Positions 1-9,269 of a stretch of DNA of 64,000 nucleotides are shown one piece after another; the first letter of the stretch is position 1, and each line of letters opens with the position of its first letter. Made by a program: the position numbers and the translations under genes. The stretch is from Elusimicrobiota bacterium (lineage in GTDB: Bacteria; Elusimicrobiota; Elusimicrobia; UBA1565). Where the stretch lies: the NCBI GenBank assembly GCA_043819795.1, contig JBDREN010000049.1, positions 2,379 through 66,378 on the forward strand, written 5' to 3'. The notes under the pieces are model-generated. The model did not search any database. It was not told where the DNA came from and saw nothing but the letters and a program-made list of their open reading frames with translations.

Positions 1-720
1 CTGCGTTTCGAGGATAAGACCGTATTCGAGCGCGGGCCGGGCTACGCGGTCATGAGGATCGTCCATTACGTCATCATCGTCGCTTCGTCGATGGTGGCGC
101 TGCAGACGATCGGGTTCAGGCTCACCAGCGTGGCCGTCGTCGGTGGCTTCCTGGGGGTAGGCTTGGGTTTCGGCCTGAAGAACGTCACGGAAAATTTCAT
201 ATCCGGCATCATCCTGCTGCTGGAGCAGCCCATCCGCGTCGGCGACAAGGTGAGCGTCCAGGACCTCATCGGGACGGTCAAGAGGATCGGCATCCGCTCC
301 ACGGTCATCGACACCTTCGACAACATCACGCTGATCCTGCCGAACTCGGTCCTGGTCCAGGAGCAGGTCATCAACTGGTCGCACAGCGACCCGAAAATAC
401 GCATCCATGTGCCCTTCGGCGTCGCCTACGGCAGCGACATCCCCCGCCTGCGCGCCGCGGCGATCAAGACGGCCCTGGATGCGCCCCGGGTGCTCAAGAG
501 CCCGTCGCCGGAGCTGCGCTTCCTCGGGTTCGGCGATTCCTCCCTCGACTTCGACCTGCTCGTCTGGATCGACGAGCCCCTAAACCAGTTCGTGGTCAAG
601 AGCGACATCTACTACGCGCTGGAGAGGGCTTTGCGCGAAAGCGGGATCGAGATCCCGTTCCCCCAGCGCGACGTGCACATCAAGACCGCGCGCGGCCTTC
701 AAGGAGCGAAGATCGGCTGA
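1..720 (+). CDS. Mechanosensitive ion channel (MscS family), 5' end upstream of window
   Basis: Frame 1 is open from nt 1 to TGA 718-720. Product shows the MscS pore-helix/beta-domain pattern GGFLGVGLGFGLKNVTENFISGIILLLEQPIRVGDKV..GTVKRIGIRSTVIDTFDN..ILPNS..INWS. Confidence 0.85.
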   Translation: MRFEDKTVFERGPGYAVMRIVHYVIIVASSMVALQTIGFRLTSVAVVGGFLGVGLGFGLKNVTENFISGIILLLEQPIRVGDKVSVQDLIGTVKRIGIRSTVIDTFDNITLILPNSVLVQEQVINWSHSDPKIRIHVPFGVAYGSDIPRLRAAAIKTALDAPRVLKSPSPELRFLGFGDSSLDFDLLVWIDEPLNQFVVKSDIYYALERALRESGIEIPFPQRDVHIKTARGLQGAKIG

Positions 721-806
721 GGTGTGCGCTTCTCAAAATCCACGAGCTGTCCCGGGAGTTTGCTAGACTATTTTGAAGGCCAGGCCGGGCGGTTCAGGGG
801 GGGGAC

Positions 807-2240
807 ATGAGAGTCGCAGAGAAGACGAAGTCCGCGCAGGAGGTCTGGGCCAAAGGGTACGGCGTCATCAAGCACGCGCCCGAGACCCAGAGGCGCGTGC
901 GCGCCATGGCCAAGCACTTCAAGGCCACGGGAGACGGGACGCCTCTCTTCGAGATTCTGGCGGCGGCCGACCGGCTCGCGAGCGCGGCCATGTGGCTCAC
1001 GGTGCACGACACCTACGCCAGGAACGTGTACTTGGACGGGCGCAAGCTCGGCCGCGAGGACTTCAAGAAGAGCCCCGAGGGGCACACCGGAGGCTCCCTC
1101 AACATCTGCCCGGCCTACGCGGGCTATCTCGCCGCGAACGCGATCACCGGCCATACCCGGGGCTGGCTCATGGAGCAGGGGCACACGGTCTCGGCGATCG
1201 ACTCCGTGAACCTGCTCGTCGGCAACCTGACGCCGGCCCATGCGGAGCGTTACGACCTGACCAACGAGGGCCTGAGCCGTTTCGTGCGGGACTTCTACTC
1301 CTACCGGCTCAACGACAAGGGCGAGCAGGATTCCCCGCGGGGCAGCCACGTGAACGCCCACACGGCGGGGGGCATCGCCGAAGGCGGGTATCTCGGCTTC
1401 GCCGGCCTGCAGTACGCGCACCTGCCCCTGGCGGGCGAGAGGCTGGTGGCGTTCCTGAGCGACGGCGCCTTCGAGGAGCAGCGCGGCCCGGACTGGGCCC
1501 CGCGATGGTGGCGGCACGCGGACTGCGGCTTGGTCGCGCCCATCATGATCTGCAACGGCAGGCGCATCGACCAGCGCACCACCATGAGCATGTCCGGCGG
1601 CTCGGCCTGGTTCCGCAGGCATCTGGAGCTCAACAACTTCGATCCCATCGTGATCGACGGAAGGGACCCGGCGGCCTTCGCCTGGGCGATCTGGGAGACG
1701 GAGAGAAGGCTCGAGTCCGCTCCCCGGAAATATCCCGTGAGGCTTCCCTACGCGATCGCGGAGACCGTCAAGGGATACGGCTTCCCCGGGCAGGGGACGA
1801 ACGCGGCCCACGGCCTGCCTATAGGCGGCAAGGCGGACGACGAGATGATCCGCGTATTCAATGACGGCGCCGGGAAGCTGCACGTGCCCGCGCAAGAGCT
1901 CAAGGAGGCGGCGGCGAGGTTCCAGCGGCACAAGGACCGGCCCAAGGAGCGGGACCACGCCATGGCGGCGCGGGACGTGAAACTCAAGAGGACGGTCGAG
2001 CCCCCCTGGCTGCGAGTGGACGAGAAGCACATTCCCATGACGATGATCGACTACATGTTCGTCGAGACCTGCCTGGCGAACAAGCACCTCCGGCCCCGCG
2101 TGGGCAACCCGGACGAGCTCCGCTCCAACCGGATGGAGCGCACCTTGGATATCCTCAAGCACCGGGTGACGCTTCCGGAGCGGGGAATGGCGGAGGCGCT
2201 CGACGGGAAGCTGTCTCCGCACGAGGTGATCCTCCGATGA
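807..2240 (+). CDS. Phosphoketolase-like protein, short form (N-terminal TPP-binding part only; divergent motifs, possibly a truncated gene)
   Basis: 477-aa ORF with XFP N-terminal-like blocks (PEGHTGGSLN, SHVNAHTAGGIAEGGYLGF, FLSDGAFEE, VGNPDELRSNRM). It ends where the middle domain of ~800-aa phosphoketolases would start. Its stop overlaps the next start (ATGA 2237-2240). Confidence 0.7.
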   Translation: MRVAEKTKSAQEVWAKGYGVIKHAPETQRRVRAMAKHFKATGDGTPLFEILAAADRLASAAMWLTVHDTYARNVYLDGRKLGREDFKKSPEGHTGGSLNICPAYAGYLAANAITGHTRGWLMEQGHTVSAIDSVNLLVGNLTPAHAERYDLTNEGLSRFVRDFYSYRLNDKGEQDSPRGSHVNAHTAGGIAEGGYLGFAGLQYAHLPLAGERLVAFLSDGAFEEQRGPDWAPRWWRHADCGLVAPIMICNGRRIDQRTTMSMSGGSAWFRRHLELNNFDPIVIDGRDPAAFAWAIWETERRLESAPRKYPVRLPYAIAETVKGYGFPGQGTNAAHGLPIGGKADDEMIRVFNDGAGKLHVPAQELKEAAARFQRHKDRPKERDHAMAARDVKLKRTVEPPWLRVDEKHIPMTMIDYMFVETCLANKHLRPRVGNPDELRSNRMERTLDILKHRVTLPERGMAEALDGKLSPHEVILR

Positions 2241-2815
2241 GCGGCCCGGCATCCGTCGCGAGAAGACTGCTCTTTGTGGGGCTGTTGGCCGCGGTCCTGG
2301 GGCCGCTCGCCGGCTCCGCCCGCGCCGCGGTCTCCCGGGGCATGCACGTGGGCGGCTTCGCCAACGGGGCGAACTGGGGCGTGGGACGCCTCGGCCGCAT
2401 AACGGACACGGGGATCAACTTCGCGCTGCTCTACAGGTATCACATCACCGGAGCGCTCTCCGCGGGAATGGAGGTGCGCCGCATCGACTACGGGGCCACC
2501 GCGGCCTCGGGCACCGAGTCCGACGTGGAGCTGGATTCCTACGCTCTGATCGGCAGGTGGGATGTCCTGCCCAAGTCCGATCTCCGGCCGCATCTGGTCT
2601 GCGGCGTGTCCAGCAACAGGTTCAAGCGGAAGGTCGTCCTCGGCCGCTCCACCTCCGAGTCGTCCTCGTATAAGCCCGGCGGAAGCGTCGCGATCGGCCT
2701 GGACAGGGACTTCGGGAAGGGCTGGACCGTGGGCGGGCAGTTCCGCTACCTGCACGTGGGCTCGGACATCAACGCCCTCGGGCTCCGCCTGGTGATCTCC
2801 TTCAGGTTCGCGTAG
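2237..2815 (+). CDS. Outer-membrane beta-barrel protein (small OmpA/OmpW-like type)
   Basis: Signal peptide RRLLFVGLLAAVLGPLAGSARA, alternating amphipathic strands, aromatic C-terminus LVISFRFA. Confidence 0.65.
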   Translation: MSGPASVARRLLFVGLLAAVLGPLAGSARAAVSRGMHVGGFANGANWGVGRLGRITDTGINFALLYRYHITGALSAGMEVRRIDYGATAASGTESDVELDSYALIGRWDVLPKSDLRPHLVCGVSSNRFKRKVVLGRSTSESSSYKPGGSVAIGLDRDFGKGWTVGGQFRYLHVGSDINALGLRLVISFRFA

Positions 2816-2877
2816 AGAACCGGCCCACTCGCACGCCGTCCGACCGCGCCGACTGGGGAGAATCCGTCAAAACGCCG

Positions 2878-3351
2878 CTAATCCTGGCCGTGGAGGGAAG
2901 ACGACTTGTCGTCGTGCACGCCGCGGCGTAGCGTCTGAAAGAGCCGCTCGAAGTGATGGACGCTGACAAGGACCGTGACCGAAACAAGCGCCATCGCCAG
3001 GGCCAGGCCGAATTCCCGGAACCCGATGGCGCAGCCGATGGCGGCCAGGAGCCACACCACCGCCGCCGAGGTGATCCCCGTGACGAGACCTTGCCTGTGC
3101 ATCATGAGTCCGGCGCCCAGGAACCCGACGCCGGTGGCCACCTGGCCCAGCACCCGTGTCGGGTCCCCCTGACCCATATGGCGCATGCCTATGTCAATGT
3201 AGGTGAGGGTGCCGAGGCAGATGAGGATGCTGGTCCGGATGCCGATCGGCTTGCCGCGCAGCTGCCTCTCGATGCCGATGATCACGCCGCAGGCTATGGC
3301 GGCCAGGATCTGAAGCCAGAAGATGCGATCCGCGAGAACATGTGCGCCCAT
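2878..3351 (-). CDS. MgtC/SapB family membrane protein
   Basis: Internal ATG at 3351 gives MGAHVLADRIFWLQILAAIACGVIIGIERQLRGKPIGIRTSILICLG.., the typical MgtC N-terminal domain. The longer 231-aa ORF only adds an Arg/Gly-rich extension. Confidence 0.8.
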   Translation of the reverse strand: MGAHVLADRIFWLQILAAIACGVIIGIERQLRGKPIGIRTSILICLGTLTYIDIGMRHMGQGDPTRVLGQVATGVGFLGAGLMMHRQGLVTGITSAAVVWLLAAIGCAIGFREFGLALAMALVSVTVLVSVHHFERLFQTLRRGVHDDKSSSLHGQD

Positions 3352-3555
3352 CCCGGGAGTATAACTTACCCATGAACGGCCTGCAAATCGCCGAATCGCC
3401 CCACGCTCCCTTCCTCTCCCCTCACGGAGAGAATTTCGTGCACATCCGCGGCGTTTCGCCGGGCGCGCGCATCTCAGTCCGGGCCAGCTCTCCATCCCGG
3501 CAGCGTAAAAACGGGACGCCGGTGGGGAGAATATGGTTAAATTGATGCCGCTCTC

Positions 3556-5052
3556 ATGCCCGCCGATCCTCAAACGTGGGAATCCCGGAGCCCGTTGCGG
3601 AACTTTCTATTGGAAAGCGTCACGGGGCAGGTCCTGATTTCCCTGACAAGCGGGACCTTCGTGACCGCCTTCGCCGTCAAGCTCGGAGCGTCCAACGCGC
3701 AGGTCGGGATCCTGGCATCCATCGCCGCCCTGTCCCAGCTCGTGCAAATCCCCTCGATCTATCTGATCAACCGCTTGCGGGATCGCAAGATCATCGCCAT
3801 GGCCGGCTTCCTTCTCTCCAAGCTTTCCTGGCTGTTGATCGTCCTGCCCATCTTGTGGGGGGCCCGGTCCGTCCCCATGGGGCGTCTGACCGTCGCCGTG
3901 GCCTTGAGCTCCACCTTCGCGGCGGCGGCGCTCTGCAGCTGGAATTCCTGGCTTCGCGACGTGATCGGGCGCAGCCGCATGGGCGCGTTCTTCGCCAAGC
4001 GGCTGGCCTACAGCAAGGCCGTGGGCATCATCACCGGCCTGTCGGCCGGATTCTTCGTGACGGCTTGGGGGAGCTACTCCCGGGAGACGGTGCTCGCCAG
4101 CTATGCCATCCTCTTCTTGGGCGGCATCCTGTTCGGACTGATGAGCGTGTATTTCGTCTGGACCTCCCCCGAGCCGCCTCAAATCCCGATCGACGTCGGA
4201 TTCCTTTCCTCGATCCTGGAGCCGTTCCGCGACAGGAATTACCGGATGCTCATCATCTTCCTCGCGATGTGGAGCTTTTCGGTCAACCTGGCCGCCCCGT
4301 TCTTCACTGTGTACATGCTCAGGCGGCTGCACTTCACCGTGGCCTTCGTGATGTCCATGTCCGTCTTGAGCAACGTCATGAACCTCATATTCTTCCGGTT
4401 CTGGGGCGCTTTCGCCGACCAGTTCTCCAACAAAGGCGTCCTCGCCGTTTGCGCGCCGCTTTGCATCGTCAGCACCTTGTCTTGGGCTTTCACGACCTTG
4501 CCCGAGCCGCACTTCCTGACCTTGCCGATGGTGATCGCGATACATATAGTGGTGGGCGCGGCCACCGCCGGTGTCATACTGGCGTCGAGCAATATCGGCA
4601 TGAAATTGTCCCCGAAGGGGAAGTCGGCGTCGTTTCTGGCCGCGAGCTCCATCGTAAGCTCCTTGGCGGCCGGCATCGCCCCGGTCATCGGAGGGATGTC
4701 GGCGGACTACTTCGCCAGCCGGGAGCTGTCCCTCCTGCTGACATGGAAGAGTCCGGCGTTGGACCTCGGCTTGCGGGCGATCAGCTTCAGGCACTGGGAC
4801 TTCTTCTTCGCCATCGCGTTCGCGCTCGGACTCTATGCATTGCGGCGCTTGTCCTTGGTCCGGGAGGAGGGGGAGGTGCAGCAGAGGGTCGCCCTCCGGG
4901 AATTCCTCCGGCGCCTGCGCGCGAGAATGCTGGCGTTGACCACGGTCCGCGGGATGCGGCAGTTCATCCTCATGCCCGTGGAATTCCTCCGGGACTTCAC
5001 CGAGGAGGACGATATCCTGCCGCACGCGGAGTCCCGGGAAATCCCACGATGA
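3556..5052 (+). CDS. MFS transporter
   Basis: 498 aa with about 12 hydrophobic segments and an MFS-type basic loop (INRLRDRKIIAMAG). The alternative frame 3576..5075 is Arg/Pro-rich and was rejected. Confidence 0.8.
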   Translation: MPADPQTWESRSPLRNFLLESVTGQVLISLTSGTFVTAFAVKLGASNAQVGILASIAALSQLVQIPSIYLINRLRDRKIIAMAGFLLSKLSWLLIVLPILWGARSVPMGRLTVAVALSSTFAAAALCSWNSWLRDVIGRSRMGAFFAKRLAYSKAVGIITGLSAGFFVTAWGSYSRETVLASYAILFLGGILFGLMSVYFVWTSPEPPQIPIDVGFLSSILEPFRDRNYRMLIIFLAMWSFSVNLAAPFFTVYMLRRLHFTVAFVMSMSVLSNVMNLIFFRFWGAFADQFSNKGVLAVCAPLCIVSTLSWAFTTLPEPHFLTLPMVIAIHIVVGAATAGVILASSNIGMKLSPKGKSASFLAASSIVSSLAAGIAPVIGGMSADYFASRELSLLLTWKSPALDLGLRAISFRHWDFFFAIAFALGLYALRRLSLVREEGEVQQRVALREFLRRLRARMLALTTVRGMRQFILMPVEFLRDFTEEDDILPHAESREIPR

Positions 5053-5071
5053 ACGAAGAGGCGGTATCCTT

Positions 5072-7951
5072 ATGAAGCACACTGCTTGGCTGTCGATCGG
5101 CGCGATGATCCTGTTCGCGGGAGCCGGGTCCGCGGCCCCGTTTCGCCCCCTCGAGCCCAAGGAGGCCGCCGCGCTGATATCGAAGATCCAGGCCAATCCG
5201 CGCGGGCCGTACGAGCGCGTGATGTGGCACTGCCGGGACGGCTCGGTGCTGCCTCCCGCGCCCTATGCCTGCTCCGAGCGCGGCGGCGGCCGGCAATACG
5301 GCGTCCCGAACGCGGACGCGGGGAAGCTGGCTGCGGCCGGGATATACGTCGGCACGGTCTTGGCGTCATTGTCGCCCGAGGATCTGACCGCCGACGGCTA
5401 TTACCGCGCGCGGGCCATTATCGTGGAGAAATTCCTCGAGATCGCGCTGGACGGGTGGGCCTTGCGTTCGGCGAAGTCGTATCGGGGCTTCAGGCAGGCC
5501 GAAGACGAGGAGAAAGCGGCCGAAACCCTTCTGGCGGTATTGGCCCGCGAGGACGGCTGGGCCCTGCGCCATCGCTACCTCGCCGTCCGGCTCGCGCGGT
5601 CCATGCCGGGCGGAGCGGACGCGAGCCTGGCCGATGAGATCCGCGCCCTCGCCGCCAAGATAGCGGACAAGGACCCCGCGTTCCAGGGCATGCGCTCCAA
5701 GATCCACTCCATCATGGAGCCCGGAGACGCCAGCGCGGTGCTGAGCTATTCGGAAACGGCGCCGGCGGCCGCGCCGGCGGCGAGGGAGCTGGCGGAGAAA
5801 ATCCGGGCCTATTACGACCCGCGCCAGTTGCGCGACCGCCTCCGGAGGATCAGACGCTTCTTGCCGGACCGGGGGATCGCAGGCCTGATCGACGAGTTGG
5901 TTTCCGCGGAAGCCGATGTCTTCGAGCGGATACGGATCGTCGAGGAATTGCTGACCCTGGCGGACCGAGCGCTCGGCCAGGCCGCGTCCCGCACCGACGG
6001 GACCCGGCTCCACCTGATCCAACTCATGAGCGCCTTGGAGGATGTCCTGGCCTCGACGACCGCGCAGCTAAGAGGCGCGAGCATGTTCAGGCTTCAGGCG
6101 GTGGAGACCGCGCAGAGGCTGTCGCGGTGCGCCCGGGCGCTCGGGCTTCTCTCGCCGCGCGAGCTGGAGGCCGCCCGGCCGGTCATAGGGCGCATGCGGA
6201 CCGGAGGGGGAGCGGATTACGTCGCCGGGCATCGCCAGCTGATTCGGACCGCCGAATGGGCTCGTGCCCTGGTGCTGTCGGAGCTGGGCATCCCCATCGG
6301 CCGGTACGTCCTGGCCGAAGGCCGGGCGGCGCAGGTCGTGGACGAGCTGCTTCGCAGCGGGGTGATGCTGCCGCTGGCGGCGATCATCGACCGCATCGGC
6401 GCCGACCTGTACTCCCTGCGGGGAGGGAACCATCGCGTCTACGGCGTGAAGGGGGCCGCCGTGCGGGGCGAGAACCCGGGCCTGGCGATCGGGCCGCTTC
6501 GCGTCCGAGAGCATTCCCAATCGCCCAAAGGACTCAAGCGCAACGAGGTGGCGCTCCTATATGAGCTCCCTTCGGAGCTGCCTCCGGTCGCGGGGATCAT
6601 CACCGTGGGCGCGTCCGGCAGCCTATCGCATGTCGCCCTGCTGGTGCGGAATCTGGGGATTCCCTTGGTTTCCGTGGACGGGCGGACCGCCGACGCGATC
6701 AAGGCCTGGGAAGGGCGGGAGGTGGCCGTGGGCGTGAGCGCGGGCGGCCGCGTGGTCTTGGGAGAGCTTATCGCGTTCGGGGAGGAAGACCGGCGGCTGT
6801 TGGGGCGATCGTCGGCCAAGGACCAGCCTTTCCTGAGGATCCCGCGCGAGTCGCTCAACCTCCGCTTCGCGGAGGCCCTCGCGCTGGGCGAGGTGTCGGA
6901 AAAGGATTCCGGGGCGAGGGTCGGGCCCAAGGCCGCGGAGCTGGCCAGGCTCAAGCGTCTGTTCCCGGATCGCGTGAGCGACGCGGCGGTGCTGCCCTTC
7001 GGGCTGTTCGTCGAGCATGTCGACCGGCCGGGGCCGGACGGGGCTCCGTCCCCCCTGGCGAGGCTGCGGTGGGCCTATGCCCAGGCGGCCACAAAAGGCG
7101 CCGAGGAGCGGGAGCGGTTCATGCTGGAAGAGCTCGCCAGGTTCCGCAAGCGGATACTGGAGCTCCCCTTTGCGGATGGGTTCGAGCGGAAGATCGACGA
7201 GGCGCTCGCGCGCGTCGGCCGGCCGGGCGCATTCGGGGTCTTCGTCCGCAGCGACACCAACGTGGAGGACCTCAAGGAGTTCACCGGCGCCGGCCTGAAC
7301 CTGACGGTACCCAACGTCGTAGCGCGCGATTCGGTCTTCTCCGCGATCCGTTCGGTCTGGGCGTCCCCCTATTCCGAACGCTCCTACGCCTGGCGGCAGC
7401 GCATACTCCTCGATCCGGAGCATGTCTATCCGTCGGTCATTCTCCACAAGACCGTTCCCTCCGAAATATCGGGGGTCCTGGTCACGATGGACATGGAGAC
7501 GGGGGATCCGGGCCAGGTCACGGTGAGCGCGAGCGAGGGCGTGGCCGCGGTGGTGGACAGCGGCCTTCCGGAGACGATCGTCGTGCCCAGACAGGGAGGC
7601 GCCCCTCGGTGGCTCTCCTCGTCCCGGACCGCGACCAGGAAGGCGGTCCCCCCGTTGCCGAAAGAGGGGCTCGAGGTGCTCCCCGCCTCCGGCGGCGAGC
7701 CTCTGCTGGGACCGGCAAGGATCAAGGACATCCTCCATGTCGTTTCGCGTCTGGAGACGATCGAACGGGCCGACCCGGCCGTCCCCTGGGATGTGGAGTT
7801 CGGGTTCCTGGGGGATCGGATGTTCCTCATGCAGCTGCGGCCGCTCAAGGTGTCCCGCTCGGCCGTCCGCCAGCCCTATCTGCGGAAGCTCGATCGGGAG
7901 GTCTCGTCGAGGATCGGCGAGGTCGACATGAGCCGGCCGTTGGCAAGGTGA
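5072..7951 (+). CDS. Exported PEP-utilising / PPDK_N (ATP-grasp dikinase-like) protein with permuted domain order
   Basis: N-terminal signal-like MKHTAWLSIGAMILFAGAGSAAP. Swivel phosphohistidine signature GASGSLSHVALLVRNLGIPLV (His codon 6629-6631). Downstream PPDK_N-like blocks VGPKAAELARL, FVRSDTNVEDLKEFTGAGLNLTVPNV, VWASPYSERSYAWR, SGVLVTMD, PWDVEFGF..LMQLRPL. Confidence 0.8.
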   Translation: MKHTAWLSIGAMILFAGAGSAAPFRPLEPKEAAALISKIQANPRGPYERVMWHCRDGSVLPPAPYACSERGGGRQYGVPNADAGKLAAAGIYVGTVLASLSPEDLTADGYYRARAIIVEKFLEIALDGWALRSAKSYRGFRQAEDEEKAAETLLAVLAREDGWALRHRYLAVRLARSMPGGADASLADEIRALAAKIADKDPAFQGMRSKIHSIMEPGDASAVLSYSETAPAAAPAARELAEKIRAYYDPRQLRDRLRRIRRFLPDRGIAGLIDELVSAEADVFERIRIVEELLTLADRALGQAASRTDGTRLHLIQLMSALEDVLASTTAQLRGASMFRLQAVETAQRLSRCARALGLLSPRELEAARPVIGRMRTGGGADYVAGHRQLIRTAEWARALVLSELGIPIGRYVLAEGRAAQVVDELLRSGVMLPLAAIIDRIGADLYSLRGGNHRVYGVKGAAVRGENPGLAIGPLRVREHSQSPKGLKRNEVALLYELPSELPPVAGIITVGASGSLSHVALLVRNLGIPLVSVDGRTADAIKAWEGREVAVGVSAGGRVVLGELIAFGEEDRRLLGRSSAKDQPFLRIPRESLNLRFAEALALGEVSEKDSGARVGPKAAELARLKRLFPDRVSDAAVLPFGLFVEHVDRPGPDGAPSPLARLRWAYAQAATKGAEERERFMLEELARFRKRILELPFADGFERKIDEALARVGRPGAFGVFVRSDTNVEDLKEFTGAGLNLTVPNVVARDSVFSAIRSVWASPYSERSYAWRQRILLDPEHVYPSVILHKTVPSEISGVLVTMDMETGDPGQVTVSASEGVAAVVDSGLPETIVVPRQGGAPRWLSSSRTATRKAVPPLPKEGLEVLPASGGEPLLGPARIKDILHVVSRLETIERADPAVPWDVEFGFLGDRMFLMQLRPLKVSRSAVRQPYLRKLDREVSSRIGEVDMSRPLAR

Positions 7952-7958
7952 ACGGGCG

Positions 7959-9269
7959 ATGAGAGCAAGGGCGCCGAGACTTTTGACGCGGCTGGGGCTG
8001 GCTCTGGGCATGGCCTGCCTACGGCAGGGCGCGGCGGCGTACCCGACGGATTCCGGGGAGCGGACCGGCATCCGCCGGTTGTCCTGGCAGGCGCAGGTCG
8101 ACCGGGGCGAGACGCGGGGAGTCAAGAACCCGCCTGGAGGGCGCTGGGGGGAGGATCGGATACGCCTGCGGCTGCTGAGCTCGGGCGCGCGATTCCGGCT
8201 GTCCGAGGACAGCCCCAAGGACCCGGTCCTTCAGAAGGGCCTGACGGACATACTCAAACGCGGGGGTTGGGAGTCGTACGGGGCGGCGATCGTGGACATC
8301 TCCGACCCGGAAGCCCCGAGATACGCGGCCGTCAACGAGCTCAAGCGCCAGATACCGGGCAGCACGGCCAAGGTGCTGGCGGCCGCGGGCATGCTGGAGG
8401 CGCTGCGGTCCCTTTATCCCGACGACATAGCCGCCCGGGAGAGGGCTTTGCGGACGATTCGGGTTCCGGCGGACTCCTGGGCCATGCCCAACTCTCATGA
8501 TGTCCCGATCCTGACGGCCGAGGGGATGTCGATGCGCCCCATCCGCCCCGGCGACGTCTTCTCACTGTGGGAGTGGCTGGACCACGCACTCTCCCCGAGC
8601 TCCAACGCCGCGGGGACCATGGTGTGGCGCGAGGCGGCGCTGCTGCGCTTGTTGGGGCGGGAATATCCCCCGGCGGCTTGGGACGGAAAGCTCTTCGCAC
8701 GGTGGAGCAGGCAGGATTTCACCAAGGCCGCGTTCGATGCGGTCGACGCTCCGCAGGCCGGGGCCGGGCTCGATACGGACCTGTTGCGGATACGTACATT
8801 CTTCACGGCGGGCGCTTCCCGCCACATCCTTTCGTCGAGCAGCGTCGGGACTCCCTTGGGCCTGGCGCAATGGCTGCTCAGCATGGAGCAGGGCAGGATC
8901 GTGGACCCTTGGTCCAGCCTCGAGCTCAAGCGCCTCCTCTACGTCACGCGCAGGCGCATCCGGTCCGCCGCGGCCCCGGAGCTGGCGGAATGCGCCGTAT
9001 ACTTCAAGAGCGGAAGTCTCTACAAGTGCAGACCCGAGGAGGGCTTCGTCTGCAAGAAGTATATGGGCAACGATCAGAACCTGCTCAACTCGCTGGCCTT
9101 GGTCGAAGTCCCGTCCGCGGAGCCCGATGAGGGCGGTCGACACCGCATTTCAGGGGCGTATATCGTGGCCGTGACGTCGAACGTGCTCAAGCGGAACTCG
9201 GCCGACGATCACGCGCGCCTCGCGGGCGCCATCCATCGCTTGCTGACGGGCCGGCAAAAAAAGAAATGA
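7959..9269 (+). CDS. Exported serine hydrolase, class-A beta-lactamase/PBP-like fold
   Basis: Signal-like N-terminus. SxxK (PGSTAKVLAAAGMLEAL), SxN (SPSSNAAG) and KxG (YFKSGSLY) motifs in the expected order. Confidence 0.7.
   Translation: MRARAPRLLTRLGLALGMACLRQGAAAYPTDSGERTGIRRLSWQAQVDRGETRGVKNPPGGRWGEDRIRLRLLSSGARFRLSEDSPKDPVLQKGLTDILKRGGWESYGAAIVDISDPEAPRYAAVNELKRQIPGSTAKVLAAAGMLEALRSLYPDDIAARERALRTIRVPADSWAMPNSHDVPILTAEGMSMRPIRPGDVFSLWEWLDHALSPSSNAAGTMVWREAALLRLLGREYPPAAWDGKLFARWSRQDFTKAAFDAVDAPQAGAGLDTDLLRIRTFFTAGASRHILSSSSVGTPLGLAQWLLSMEQGRIVDPWSSLELKRLLYVTRRRIRSAAAPELAECAVYFKSGSLYKCRPEEGFVCKKYMGNDQNLLNSLALVEVPSAEPDEGGRHRISGAYIVAVTSNVLKRNSADDHARLAGAIHRLLTGRQKKK

Noticed and set aside
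768-2252. Long antisense or alternative-frame ORFs throughout the window. Examples: 768..2252(-), 3607..5196(-), 6623..8218(-), 24931..27426(-), 40198..41703(-), 41745..43946(-), 44055..45719(-), 45650..47686(-), 51198..52754(-).
   Set aside because: Their products are Arg/Pro/Gly/Ala-rich with no recognisable motifs. They lie opposite or out of frame to ORFs with clear family signatures. This is the typical stop-codon-poor artefact of GC-rich DNA.
3576-5075. 499-aa ORF in an alternative plus-strand frame over the MFS gene.
   Set aside because: Low-complexity Arg/Pro/Gly composition. The 3556..5052 frame gives a normal 12-TM transporter.
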